Positions 55,456-63,845 of a stretch of 64,000 bases of DNA are shown piece by piece (positions within the stretch are counted from its first letter, which is position 1; each line of letters opens with the position of its first letter). The translations under genes and the position numbers were made by a program. Under the pieces are notes generated by a model, which was given only the letters and a program-made list of their open reading frames with translations, had not been told where the DNA came from and searched no databases. Where the stretch lies: IMG/VR virus record IMGVR_UViG_3300036828_000565, positions 7,383 to 71,382 of that record, one strand, 5' to 3'. This DNA comes from a virus.

Positions 55456-56283
55456 TTACAGCGGGCAAACCATTCCATGTCCAATGCCCCATGCGAAAGA
55501 ACCAAGAGTACCAGCGATTCCTATATCAGTTAGAATACCAGCGGCAAGTACTCCTGCAATTCCTAAATCTGCTAATCCTCCAGTCATAACACTTAATACA
55601 AAAAATCCAAGACCAGCCGCGTAGCTATCAAATGCATCCCATTGACATTCAGAAGGGGAAGGTCCATTTTCATTTATCGGTGGATTTTGTGGCGCTTTCT
55701 GAACTACTAGAGGTTGAGGTTGATAATACTTTCCTTGGAAGTATACAGGTTTTGGAGTTAGCATGGCGGCAATATTAGAGCATTGGTTGCGAGCTTTAAT
55801 AATATATGGGTACATTCCATTTGCTCGCATATTGTTAAGGGTTACTGTTCGATAATCAACCCCGCCTGAAATTGCCTGTCCCGAAGACGCAAACCAATTT
55901 AGATAAGCAGAAACTGTTTGATTTGTAACTGATGGATTATACAGTCTAACAGTAGCGGCTGCCGCACTAACTCTGACATAAGCCGCAGTGAGTTGATTCT
56001 CATTAACTCCATTGTAGTATGGCTTAATCATGTTATCCATACCATACCCAGCCCAGAAATAAGCCAACGTGTTGTAAGTATTTGAAAGATTCTTGTAATC
56101 CGTCGGCGTTATTGTACCGTAAAAATGTTTTGCTGCAACTTGAGCAATAGACTTACCAGTATTAATAAATACGTTCGGATCAATAGTAACTGCTCCTACC
56201 TTTCTTGGTGTAAGGATTGAAGGAATAGCAAGGGACGCTGTAGCTAATCCAGTGCTGGTAAGAAACTTTCTACGATCTATCAT
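55456..56283 (-). CDS. Tat-signal protein with Cys-flanked hydrophobic Gly-rich C-terminal peptide (bacteriocin-precursor-like)
   Basis: MIDRRKFLTSTGLATASLA twin-arginine signal; Pro-rich linker; C-terminal C...GLADLGIAGVLAAGIL...C. Confidence 0.65.
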   Translation of the reverse strand: MIDRRKFLTSTGLATASLAIPSILTPRKVGAVTIDPNVFINTGKSIAQVAAKHFYGTITPTDYKNLSNTYNTLAYFWAGYGMDNMIKPYYNGVNENQLTAAYVRVSAAAATVRLYNPSVTNQTVSAYLNWFASSGQAISGGVDYRTVTLNNMRANGMYPYIIKARNQCSNIAAMLTPKPVYFQGKYYQPQPLVVQKAPQNPPINENGPSPSECQWDAFDSYAAGLGFFVLSVMTGGLADLGIAGVLAAGILTDIGIAGTLGSFAWGIGHGMVCPL

Positions 56284-56305
56284 TATTTCCCCTTTTAGTG
56301 TACTC

Positions 56306-56397
56306 CCAAGGTAGGCAGATGTCGAAGACTGAATACTTGTACTAATTCAGCCGATAGGCCCAGAGGCAAATCAAGGCCCACCACCTGCCTACCGTGG
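56306..56397 (-). ncRNA. Putative three-way-junction structured RNA in the 5' leader of the Tat gene
   Basis: Minus strand P1 GGTAGGCAGGTG/CATCTGCCTACC, P2 GGCCT/GGGCC, P3 GGCTGAAT/ATTCAGTC; A-C mismatches on + are G-U pairs on -. Confidence 0.55.
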
Positions 56398-56404
56398 CAA
56401 TACA

Positions 56405-56635
56405 CTAGTTTACCGGTCCTTGTCGTCTAACTATTTCATCAATTTCTTTAAAAACATCGTTCTTTTCTTCTTCCATACACCCAACTAATTGTTTACCATC
56501 CTTATATGTGGAATAGGCCTCTATTCCTGCCTTTACTCCTCTGATGAACGCATCCATCTGGACTTCACTCCTACTATTTGTTATGCGTTCATTTTCGATA
56601 GCGTAATCCCAATACTTTCGTTTTGCGCTAGTCAC
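56405..56635 (-). CDS. Hypothetical protein
   Basis: GTGA overlap; F..G...GI.AY...KDG.Q.VG motif. Confidence 0.55.
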   Translation of the reverse strand: MTSAKRKYWDYAIENERITNSRSEVQMDAFIRGVKAGIEAYSTYKDGKQLVGCMEEEKNDVFKEIDEIVRRQGPVN

Positions 56636-56958
56636 AATAAACCTCTCTGTTGATCATTGAACTGCCTAGTCTTTTCCCCACAAAATCTAGCAATAGATTT
56701 AAGATGCCCTGAGTCTGTCAAAGCATCGCTCAACGACTGATACACATAGCGTCCCCATGCAGGATACCACATGACCCGACCTACAGGTGGTGGAGTGTAA
56801 TGATCTAGATGATTAGAGTTTCTATGATGCACTAACCATTCATGTCCACCATGCTCTGGGTGACTTCTTTCCTTAAGAATAAAATCGAGATAACTAATTC
56901 GATGCTGTTTACTTGCCATAATCCCTCGGATGTTTAACATAACCTCCCATGGACACAC
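56632..56958 (-). CDS. Hypothetical protein
   Basis: G.V.WYPAW.RY.Y motif; start uncertain. Confidence 0.55.
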   Translation of the reverse strand: MCPWEVMLNIRGIMASKQHRISYLDFILKERSHPEHGGHEWLVHHRNSNHLDHYTPPPVGRVMWYPAWGRYVYQSLSDALTDSGHLKSIARFCGEKTRQFNDQQRGLL

Positions 56959-57075
56959 ATAGTCTGTTTACGTGATAACATTCCCATGATCTTTATCACT
57001 CACCAGTCACGCTAAAGGTTTCATGGTGCCAATAGCGTTTATGTGTGCCCATGGCAAGTTACGCTTGCCTCTTAC

Positions 57076-57234
57076 CTATGATGCTTTGAGAGCCATGATC
57101 TCCTGAGCGTATTGCTCACGTTCTTCTTCATTTATTTTTTTCCAGAATTCCATGAACTCGGCATTCGTAACAGGGCGAGAACTTCCCTCATTAATGAAGT
57201 TCTTGATAAGTATCGGACGGGGAATCTCAATCAT
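57076..57234 (-). CDS. Small hypothetical protein (52 aa, below the ORF-track cutoff)
   Basis: MIEIPRPILIKNF...RPVTNAEFMEFWKK..EEERE; starts directly after the upstream stop. Confidence 0.55.
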   Translation of the reverse strand: MIEIPRPILIKNFINEGSSRPVTNAEFMEFWKKINEEEREQYAQEIMALKAS

Positions 57235-57537
57235 CTAATTCGCTTTCCAATATTGAATACATGATTCAATATCTTCTTTAGTTTCTTTCTGAGCCCATTC
57301 TTCTTTCATCACCCACTCATACATTTGAGTGGCTTCAGTTTTCTCGACATCAAAATACATGTAACTATCGAGAAGATCCCAAACTTTTTTAGCCAGTTCT
57401 TTCCACTTTTGACCAGCCTCGAGAGTCTCTTTCCAGGTAAAGTATTTACTAGGATCTACACCCGGGTGCTCCTCTTTGAAAGTCTTCATACTATAGCTTA
57501 TGTACCACTTGCGTTTTTGTGGAAAAGAACGTTTCAT
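57235..57537 (-). CDS. Hypothetical protein
   Basis: ATGA overlap, AAGGA RBS. Confidence 0.55.
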   Translation of the reverse strand: MKRSFPQKRKWYISYSMKTFKEEHPGVDPSKYFTWKETLEAGQKWKELAKKVWDLLDSYMYFDVEKTEATQMYEWVMKEEWAQKETKEDIESCIQYWKAN

Positions 57538-57875
57538 TGTTCATCCTTTCCTTCTATCATCCCCTGAGCTAAATAGAACATAACACGAAGAATCTCGCAG
57601 ATCTCTTTATTTTCTTTAGTATATCCATCAAGTATGTCACTCATCACAGACATGATAGCTACTAACTCTAAACACTCAGGGTTAGAAAACATTCGACTAG
57701 AAGTAGGAGTGTTTCTCATCATGAATTTAAGAGCCTTATCTAATTGCCCTTTATGTAACCCGATAGCCAAATCATCTGCTTCAAAGATACCTTTTCGATC
57801 CAAAAGCATCTGAGCCAGGGCTAACACTGACTCACCATTACTGAAAACAAGCTTATTTTCTGACACAACTTTCAT
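57534..57875 (-). CDS. Hypothetical protein
   Basis: GAGG RBS. Confidence 0.55.
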   Translation of the reverse strand: MKVVSENKLVFSNGESVLALAQMLLDRKGIFEADDLAIGLHKGQLDKALKFMMRNTPTSSRMFSNPECLELVAIMSVMSDILDGYTKENKEICEILRVMFYLAQGMIEGKDEQ

Positions 57876-58003
57876 TTTTGCCTCTTTCTAGTAAAAAATG
57901 CACGATACTTGGCACGATCACGGTAAATGCCTAGCCCACTTAACACGAACAAAGCGACGATCATTACCCACAGCCAATCTATATGCCACATAGTATGACC
58001 TTT

Positions 58004-58276
58004 CTAGTAATAGTTTCTAGGAAATGAGATTCTGGCGGCGGCTCGCGTCATTGTTTTTTCTGATGTAAGTTTTCGAGCTTTCTTAAATAAGACTCGAACC
58101 GGCATCCTTGCTATGGAACGAGCATGCCGTCTCGCTTGTCTTAACCTATCTACCTCACCCTTTGTCACAACATCATGACACTCAGAAGGAGCATGGAAAG
58201 TATCTACATCGATATGCATCTCTATCTCAGACCGATGAGCGGCGAAGATAATTGAAAGAGCCTTACCCAGATTCAT
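58004..58276 (-). CDS. Hypothetical protein
   Basis: GGAGG RBS, ATGA overlap. Confidence 0.55.
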   Translation of the reverse strand: MNLGKALSIIFAAHRSEIEMHIDVDTFHAPSECHDVVTKGEVDRLRQARRHARSIARMPVRVLFKKARKLTSEKTMTRAAARISFPRNYY

Positions 58277-58527
58277 GATTTTGCCTCCGCTTCATCATTC
58301 AAAGCCTCTTCATCTTCAAAATCGCACATCAAGTATTGTTTCAGTACAGCAGCATGTAGAGTCTCAATATTATGGAATGGAGTTGGATCCGTAACGCGAT
58401 TAGCCGATACGGTCATACTTGTAACATCAATACAAACTCCAGCCCAATTGTCAAACAAGTCATCACACTGAGATAACTCATTGTTGAAGTTAAATGACTT
58501 AAGATAATTTGAAAGCCAGGGCTTCAT
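58273..58527 (-). CDS. Hypothetical protein
   Basis: GAGG RBS. Confidence 0.55.
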   Translation of the reverse strand: MKPWLSNYLKSFNFNNELSQCDDLFDNWAGVCIDVTSMTVSANRVTDPTPFHNIETLHAAVLKQYLMCDFEDEEALNDEAEAKS

Positions 58528-58659
58528 TTCTTTGCCTCTCTTTTTGCCTCATATAGTGTTAATGCAGCCGCAATTAGACTAGTTGCTTCAGCTATGTACT
58601 TCTTTTTACAGTTTGCGGAGCAGTATTCACCATGTTCTGGTCTATCTGAAATCAGCACA

Positions 58660-58914
58660 TCACAATTCACGCAACGAGCCATTTATCCTCACTTTCTCTG
58701 CCTCGTACTCATCACTCAAGAGTTTTTCTTTTACCTGCAGATGGAACGTCATTAACGCGCTTTTTAAGTGCCTTGCATAAACGCTGACAAGTTCAGCATC
58801 ATCATGATCAGATGCATCCGCGACTCTAATAACAGCATCAAAGAAGCGCCCAACTGAAGCAAAACGATGTAAGATCCCCGTATCGGTTTCGGTTAATGTT
58901 ATCTCAAACTTCAT
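58660..58914 (-). CDS. Hypothetical protein
   Basis: ATGA overlap. Confidence 0.5.
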   Translation of the reverse strand: MKFEITLTETDTGILHRFASVGRFFDAVIRVADASDHDDAELVSVYARHLKSALMTFHLQVKEKLLSDEYEAEKVRINGSLREL

Positions 58915-59108
58915 AGATGAATCCTAAATCCATGCTCAGCGGTTAACCAAGATGGTTGATTGCAGCACCTACAGTTATTGGTCTCTGGATTCATCTTGAA
59001 CTTATGAGGAATCCCATAAATAAAGCCCCCACAAGACTCATGGGTGCACCCTGCCCCGTTCACCATGATCTTACCACACTTGATACAGATTCCTGTCTTT
59101 GATTTCAT
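58911..59108 (-). CDS. Small Cys/His-rich protein
   Basis: CIKC, C...C, CRCC..H. Confidence 0.5.
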   Translation of the reverse strand: MKSKTGICIKCGKIMVNGAGCTHESCGGFIYGIPHKFKMNPETNNCRCCNQPSWLTAEHGFRIHL

Positions 59109-59386
59109 CGATTTGCCTCTGGATCTGTATATGATGAATCAGTTACTTGAAGTTCTTCATCATACTCTTCGTTATAGGGCCCGTCTATGCCTTTCTCTTG
59201 AGCATCAGCGCAAGCATCACACTGATAATGAAGACTCACATCTTCTTGAGTCAGACGATTTGGATACTTGCAGGTTGGACAACGTTGATCTCTAACCCCG
59301 GCCCGTAGCGCTGAACCACTTCCCGGATCAGCAAAGTGCATATCAGCATAGTCATACTGATCTGGATCATCATCGTCATAGTACAT
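59105..59386 (-). CDS. Acidic zinc-finger protein
   Basis: FADPG..SALRA....CPTC...NRLT..D....YQCD.CAD motif. Confidence 0.7.
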   Translation of the reverse strand: MYYDDDDPDQYDYADMHFADPGSGSALRAGVRDQRCPTCKYPNRLTQEDVSLHYQCDACADAQEKGIDGPYNEEYDEELQVTDSSYTDPEANR

Positions 59387-59608
59387 TTACACGCCCCTAT
59401 CTTGTGAAGAAAGCTCTTCACGTCTATTTACGCTAATTTTACATAGGATTGAGAGTAACTCAGAGATGTTGCTACCTAATTCGGCAAAGAGAGAAAGTAC
59501 GATATAATCTGACTTTTCTTCTCCCAAATCATCGAGAGTTTCGAGATTCTGATCAATACATTTGGAAAGAAAACGCACACGATTTATGTCACTTTGCTTA
59601 ATCTGCAT
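59387..59608 (-). CDS. Hypothetical early protein
   Basis: GAGG RBS; first gene after the 59655 promoter. Confidence 0.55.
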   Translation of the reverse strand: MQIKQSDINRVRFLSKCIDQNLETLDDLGEEKSDYIVLSLFAELGSNISELLSILCKISVNRREELSSQDRGV

Positions 59609-59654
59609 TGAATGCCTCTCTGGTTAATAGGTTTTCCTATTTACCATATAATAC

Positions 59655-59684
59655 ATTATATAATAAACTTATGTGAGTTGTAAA
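59655..59684 (-). promoter_or_regulatory. sigma70-type promoter TTTACA-N18-TATAAT
   Basis: TTTACAactcacataagtttattaTATAAT. Confidence 0.75.
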
Positions 59685-59694
59685 TAACTATTTT

Positions 59695-59925
59695 TCACTT
59701 GCTGTTCAAAAGTTCCTTAGTGGCGGTAGCTAACTGTTGATCATAGAATATGACCATTTCTTCTACTCTCTGTCTCAAAAGAGCCGCCCGTGCTCTGATC
59801 TCTGGAGGCAGATTCTCGTTTAAAAGTTCCTTGACATGCTTTAGATCCTTTTCTGCGTCATGCTTCTTCAGGGTTATTAGGTCTACTTGTCTCTGCCATG
59901 GGCTTATCATTATACTTCCTTTCAT
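59695..59925 (-). CDS. Hypothetical coiled-coil protein
   Basis: ORF in the minus-strand array; start uncertain. Confidence 0.5.
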   Translation of the reverse strand: MKGSIMISPWQRQVDLITLKKHDAEKDLKHVKELLNENLPPEIRARAALLRQRVEEMVIFYDQQLATATKELLNSK

Positions 59926-60070
59926 ACATCATGATGTCTGCTAAAGCTCTAAAGGCAATGATACGTGACTTATGCCTCTCGATCTCAGTTAAACTTAAGT
60001 TGCGCGGACCTGTGAGAGCATCCGCGCTTCTAAATATTTCCTTCTTGATTTCTTCAAGAGTCATACACAA
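59858..60070 (-). CDS. Hypothetical protein
   Basis: Overlaps the upstream stop. Confidence 0.45.
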   Translation of the reverse strand: MCMTLEEIKKEIFRSADALTGPRNLSLTEIERHKSRIIAFRALADIMMYERKYNDKPMAETSRPNNPEEA

Positions 60071-60573
60071 ACAGCTTCCTCAGTTTCTACTGGAGTTTCT
60101 ATTATCCAAGTACCTCGATAACTAGAGTTAAAGAGATTAAATGGTCTTATCGTTAAGTACATTGTTTCTCGAGATAGTATCTCTACTACCTCTTTAGGAA
60201 AGAGTCCATTTAAGTTTTGTTCGTTCATTTTAAATAGTTCAACATTATCAGTTCCGTGACTCAAGATAAAGAAAGCGATACGAGCCTTAGCCCTTAACAC
60301 TTGAGTCTTTGGATCTTGATACAATTGAGTAAATCGACCATCCCATACATAGTCCCAATCTCCTGCAAACAGACTATTTGCCTGATCAAAGGATATGTCT
60401 AAGATTTGTTGAGCTATAAAAGCTACATGAAATTCTGCAGGAAATTTAAGACTTTCATGATATATCGTAACTAGATGTCCCGCGATGCACCGTTGAGGAC
60501 CGTCGTATGATCTTTGATCATAGTTCTCTTCATTTATTTCCCCCATAACATGTATCAAAGCTTCTACATTCAT
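60061..60573 (-). CDS. Hypothetical protein
   Basis: Y.Q..Y....CIAGH...A..IL.I...QA..LF motif; AAGGGG RBS. Confidence 0.65.
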   Translation of the reverse strand: MNVEALIHVMGEINEENYDQRSYDGPQRCIAGHLVTIYHESLKFPAEFHVAFIAQQILDISFDQANSLFAGDWDYVWDGRFTQLYQDPKTQVLRAKARIAFFILSHGTDNVELFKMNEQNLNGLFPKEVVEILSRETMYLTIRPFNLFNSSYRGTWIIETPVETEEAVCV

Positions 60574-60607
60574 CTTGTTTCCCCTTTTGTTGTGATTTGT
60601 GATTCTA

Positions 60608-61426
60608 TTATGCTTTCCAATAATAAGTTTCCATATTTAATACAGTAGCATTTATAGTCCCAGAAGAACCGCGTCCGCCAATCTGAAAATTGACTAGCAA
60701 ATCGCCAACTGTCCAATTTTGGTTAAGCATTGAGAGTCCATTAGCACTGGACTCAAACGGCGTATAAGTACCATTAAACGTTACGCCAATATAAGTTACG
60801 TGCCCACTATCATCCCGCTTACTATAAAGCTCAATCAACTGCATCTCATTCGCGGGCCATTTTCTGGGATCAGTTTTAAGACTGGATACATTCCAGTGGC
60901 ATCTACCAGACGGAGTAGTAGTATATTCCCAACACAGATTCCAGCTTGTTGCTTGTGTGCAAGGATAAACTACTTTATTTGAACCAATTACATGCGTGAA
61001 ATCTAACTCCAAACATCCAATTAACTCAGGATGATCAAAGGATACTCCTAGTTTATAACAATATTGATTAGGAGTGGTATCTTTCACAAACATATTATGC
61101 CAGCGATAGCCAGCATTGTTCGTGAAATTTGTAGTAAACAAGCGACCTTTACCACTTCCTAGGTACTTCGTACTTCCGGTAGCTGACCCGCCTGTAGTAG
61201 TATCATGTTCGCCTTTCCAGTTAGTATTACCGTCTAACATCTTAACTCCAGCGTTAGCTGGAATAACCGGTGCTCCTGAGGATGGTGGTGGTGTTGTTAC
61301 TTCAGTCATCGTAGTCGTAGTCTGTACAGTAGTTGTAGTCAAAACCTCATACTTCCCATCTGGAGTTACTTCTTTATTCGTTATTACTGTTGGTCCGGCT
61401 GCTGTTGGTTCTTTTTGATCTGTCAT
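60608..61426 (-). CDS. Concanavalin/polysaccharide-lyase-like beta-sandwich protein without a signal peptide
   Basis: LELDF, WEYT...HW, RD.SG.VTY..VTFNG, W..GDLLVNFQI.G; Thr-rich N-terminus. Confidence 0.55.
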   Translation of the reverse strand: MTDQKEPTAAGPTVITNKEVTPDGKYEVLTTTTVQTTTTMTEVTTPPPSSGAPVIPANAGVKMLDGNTNWKGEHDTTTGGSATGSTKYLGSGKGRLFTTNFTNNAGYRWHNMFVKDTTPNQYCYKLGVSFDHPELIGCLELDFTHVIGSNKVVYPCTQATSWNLCWEYTTTPSGRCHWNVSSLKTDPRKWPANEMQLIELYSKRDDSGHVTYIGVTFNGTYTPFESSANGLSMLNQNWTVGDLLVNFQIGGRGSSGTINATVLNMETYYWKA

Positions 61427-61437
61427 TTAACGTCTCC

Positions 61438-61455
61438 TTCACCCTTTCGGGTGAA
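61438..61455 (-). other. GAAA-tetraloop hairpin abutting the RBS of the 61426 gene
   Basis: Minus strand TTCACCC-GAAA-GGGTGAA then GGAG. Confidence 0.5.
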
Positions 61456-61569
61456 TTGTTTACTATATTGTGAAGTGACAAGCTTGTGAACTATGGTAAC
61501 GTAGTAATATTAGAAGTAATAATGACCATATGAATAACTTTGTATGATGAATGGGTTTGGAGAGGATGT

Positions 61570-61770
61570 TTAGTTACTTAAGTAATGCTCTTTTCTTAAT
61601 TTTCGGATCACTTTTTTGGTCAATATTGCTCGATCAAGGGCGCTCAATTTACTGGTAACATCCATAAGATCTCCCCCAAGTTTCACTCGTACTAGACTAT
61701 TATCGTCTAGGTTGACGTCTATGTAAATGAGCGAGTGGTTATGTTGAATCCTAACTCTTTTGATGTTCAT
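61570..61770 (-). CDS. Hypothetical protein
   Basis: AAGGAG RBS, ATGA overlap. Confidence 0.55.
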   Translation of the reverse strand: MNIKRVRIQHNHSLIYIDVNLDDNSLVRVKLGGDLMDVTSKLSALDRAILTKKVIRKLRKEHYLSN

Positions 61771-62015
61771 CTTGCTCCTTCACTAACTTGACAAACATAA
61801 AACTTATGTTCTGTAACAATAAACAGTCTCTTTTCTGAGAAACTTTTATATTGTATAGTGTCAAAGAGTATTACAGGTTGCTTAAACACAAAAGTGTCAA
61901 ACTGCATCCCTTGCTCCATACCTTCTTTATAACCGTGCACATCACCCATCCTGTAGGCTGTTATAATAGCGAGTAACATTAGGTAAATCACTACTATATT
62001 GCGAAGTGACTTCAT
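61767..62015 (-). CDS. Single-TM membrane protein
   Basis: Hydrophobic N-terminus followed by G..HGY.EG. Confidence 0.55.
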   Translation of the reverse strand: MKSLRNIVVIYLMLLAIITAYRMGDVHGYKEGMEQGMQFDTFVFKQPVILFDTIQYKSFSEKRLFIVTEHKFYVCQVSEGAR

Positions 62016-62383
62016 TTCTTCTCAACTTTCGGAGATGGAGGAGGTGTAGGAGGCTTCTTAGTGCAGACTGGATCTTGAGTCGCGGCGTCAATTGTGATCT
62101 CATATCCCGTGCCACATGTCGCTTGAATCTCTCTAACTACTGACTGTAACTTGTCGGATTCTGCCTGGGCCAGTTTAAATGCTGGGTCATTCTGTAACTG
62201 TTGCTGGGCCGCCATGTTTCTTGCTTGTGCCTTAAAGAATCTTGTTACTTGGTCTCGCGAGATCAAAGGTGCCTTTCCTTTAGAGTCAGCTTTCGCGACT
62301 TTTCCTCCCCCTTGACACCCACCCTGCCCCGTGAGGAGTATCAAAGTAGCTATTAATATAGTAGATTTCATCTTACGCTCCAT
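62012..62383 (-). CDS. Exported/lipoprotein-like hypothetical protein
   Basis: MKSTILIATLILLTGQGGC signal-like N-terminus; Pro-rich tail. Confidence 0.55.
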   Translation of the reverse strand: MERKMKSTILIATLILLTGQGGCQGGGKVAKADSKGKAPLISRDQVTRFFKAQARNMAAQQQLQNDPAFKLAQAESDKLQSVVREIQATCGTGYEITIDAATQDPVCTKKPPTPPPSPKVEKK

Positions 62384-62789
62384 TGGGTGTTATCAAAATG
62401 ATGGGAATGTTTCTTTTACGGGCGTACCTTATTGTAGCCCAAGTCCCCGACCTTATCTCTTCATCCTTGCTCCGTGGTGTGGCGATCAAAAGGTTACAAA
62501 GATCGACTATATTGTGGTTACGCTCGATGTACTCCTTAGGAGCGTATGTGACATTACCCTTAGCATATGCGCGCTTACGTGCGTCAATAGGAGGATGTAC
62601 GTGGATAATGCAACCTAACAAAGAAGCTATGCTTCCTGCTTGAGCATCTGAGCCGATGCAATCTCCGTGGTGAAACTCGATAGTTTCTTCTGGTAAGAGT
62701 TTAGACCACACCTCAACTAGAATCCTTTTCACCTCACCCTGCTGGTGAAGGGTTAAACCGATTTGGGTGCCGGTGAAACCGATTTTCAT
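62373..62789 (-). CDS. SLOG-superfamily (DprA/YpsA-like) nucleotide-binding protein
   Basis: IGFTGT, HHGDCIGSD, HPP, RNHNIVD, RSGTWATIRYA motifs. Confidence 0.8.
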   Translation of the reverse strand: MKIGFTGTQIGLTLHQQGEVKRILVEVWSKLLPEETIEFHHGDCIGSDAQAGSIASLLGCIIHVHPPIDARKRAYAKGNVTYAPKEYIERNHNIVDLCNLLIATPRSKDEEIRSGTWATIRYARKRNIPIILITPNGA

Positions 62790-62843
62790 TTATTTCGCCC
62801 CGGGTGTAAAATAATTATTTTAAAAAATTTAAAGATATCCGCC

Positions 62844-62938
62844 GTGAATGCCGGGGATACCTAAGGTTCACTTGTGCATATTGAATATTGATAATCATCA
62901 TCCGTAAAATGCACATTCACTCAAGTTCACCAGGTGAC
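62844..62938 (-). repeat. Dispersed intergenic element copy D (inverted)
   Basis: Minus strand TGCA-N31-TGCACAAGTGAACCTTAGGTATCCCCGGCATTCAC; the 13-mer CCCCGGCATTCAC is shared with copy B (31654-31666). Confidence 0.65.
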
Positions 62939-62947
62939 TTTAGATTA

Positions 62948-63178
62948 CTATTTTGCTGTATCAATATCATCAATTTCTTTTATAATAGGATCTGGAGTAT
63001 TATCTTGTGGAGCAACTAAATGAATAATTTTATCTAGACATACTATTTCCTTAATAGAGTAAATTCTACCTTCTCCGTCTTCAAATTTGACAATAGTATC
63101 TACACCATGTCTTTTAACATCATCAAGTATAAATCCTATAAGGTCTATTGCTTTAATATCACATATATGATACTCCAT
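62948..63178 (-). CDS. Hypothetical protein
   Basis: ORF in the early array. Confidence 0.5.
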   Translation of the reverse strand: MEYHICDIKAIDLIGFILDDVKRHGVDTIVKFEDGEGRIYSIKEIVCLDKIIHLVAPQDNTPDPIIKEIDDIDTAK

Positions 63179-63530
63179 TCATAGGTAAATAGTATTGAGG
63201 TTCATAGATCTCTGAACCCTCCTCAGCCACTAGAACGTAGTTAGCTCTTTTGGAGGTCCCATAGAATTTTGTAAGATACTCTTCGATAAAATGGATGAGA
63301 TCACGTAGACGAGAGATGGGAGTATATGAGGGCACCTTCACGAGAGCGAGTTTCAAAGGTGAGGTTTGGGTGGGTACTGCTCCATTCTCTTGTACAGCGG
63401 GGTACCAGAACAAAAGAATCAACTTGATTGATCTTTTTGTTTCTTGAGAGTAGTGAGGTGAAAGATTGGTATATGGAGAGTTGTCTAATATGTACGTCAT
63501 GCTCTCACAATCTACCTGTGGGATTATCAC
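63159..63530 (-). CDS. Hypothetical early protein
   Basis: GGAGG RBS; first gene after the 63567 promoter. Confidence 0.55.
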   Translation of the reverse strand: MIIPQVDCESMTYILDNSPYTNLSPHYSQETKRSIKLILLFWYPAVQENGAVPTQTSPLKLALVKVPSYTPISRLRDLIHFIEEYLTKFYGTSKRANYVLVAEEGSEIYEPQYYLPMNGVSYM

Positions 63531-63566
63531 TTTGTCCTCCGTTCATTTGGTTTCAATCATGTATAT

Positions 63567-63596
63567 ATTATATCACACCTTGGGATCAGTTGTAAA
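63567..63596 (-). promoter_or_regulatory. sigma70-type promoter TTTACA-N18-TATAAT
   Basis: TTTACAactgatcccaaggtgtgaTATAAT. Confidence 0.75.
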
Positions 63597-63716
63597 TACC
63601 TTTTATAACTATTTTTTTTATCTCATGCCTCTTGCGCGCGTATAATTGTCGGGTACGCCTGCCTGTAAAAGCGCGCACATACTCAGCACATTTTTTTTTT
63701 ACCCAATAGGTAAAAC

Positions 63717-63845
63717 TGATGTTACCGTGTTACCTGTACTTAAGTATTGTAAAATGAATAACATAGCGGGTAACAAAGAGGTAACATCGGCGGCATTTGA
63801 TGTTACTCGATGGACTTTGATTACCATCGGGTGAGGAAAGTTACT
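63717..63845. repeat. GTTAC/GTAAC iteron-like repeat cluster (candidate origin or terminus)
   Basis: GATGTTACC, GTGTTACC, GGTAACA, GGTAACATC, GATGTTACT, AGTTACT in a non-coding region. Confidence 0.5.

Noticed and set aside
56306-56397. tRNA interpretation of the leader structure
   Set aside because: Only three stems, no D-loop or anticodon geometry; TTCGA is not in a T-arm.
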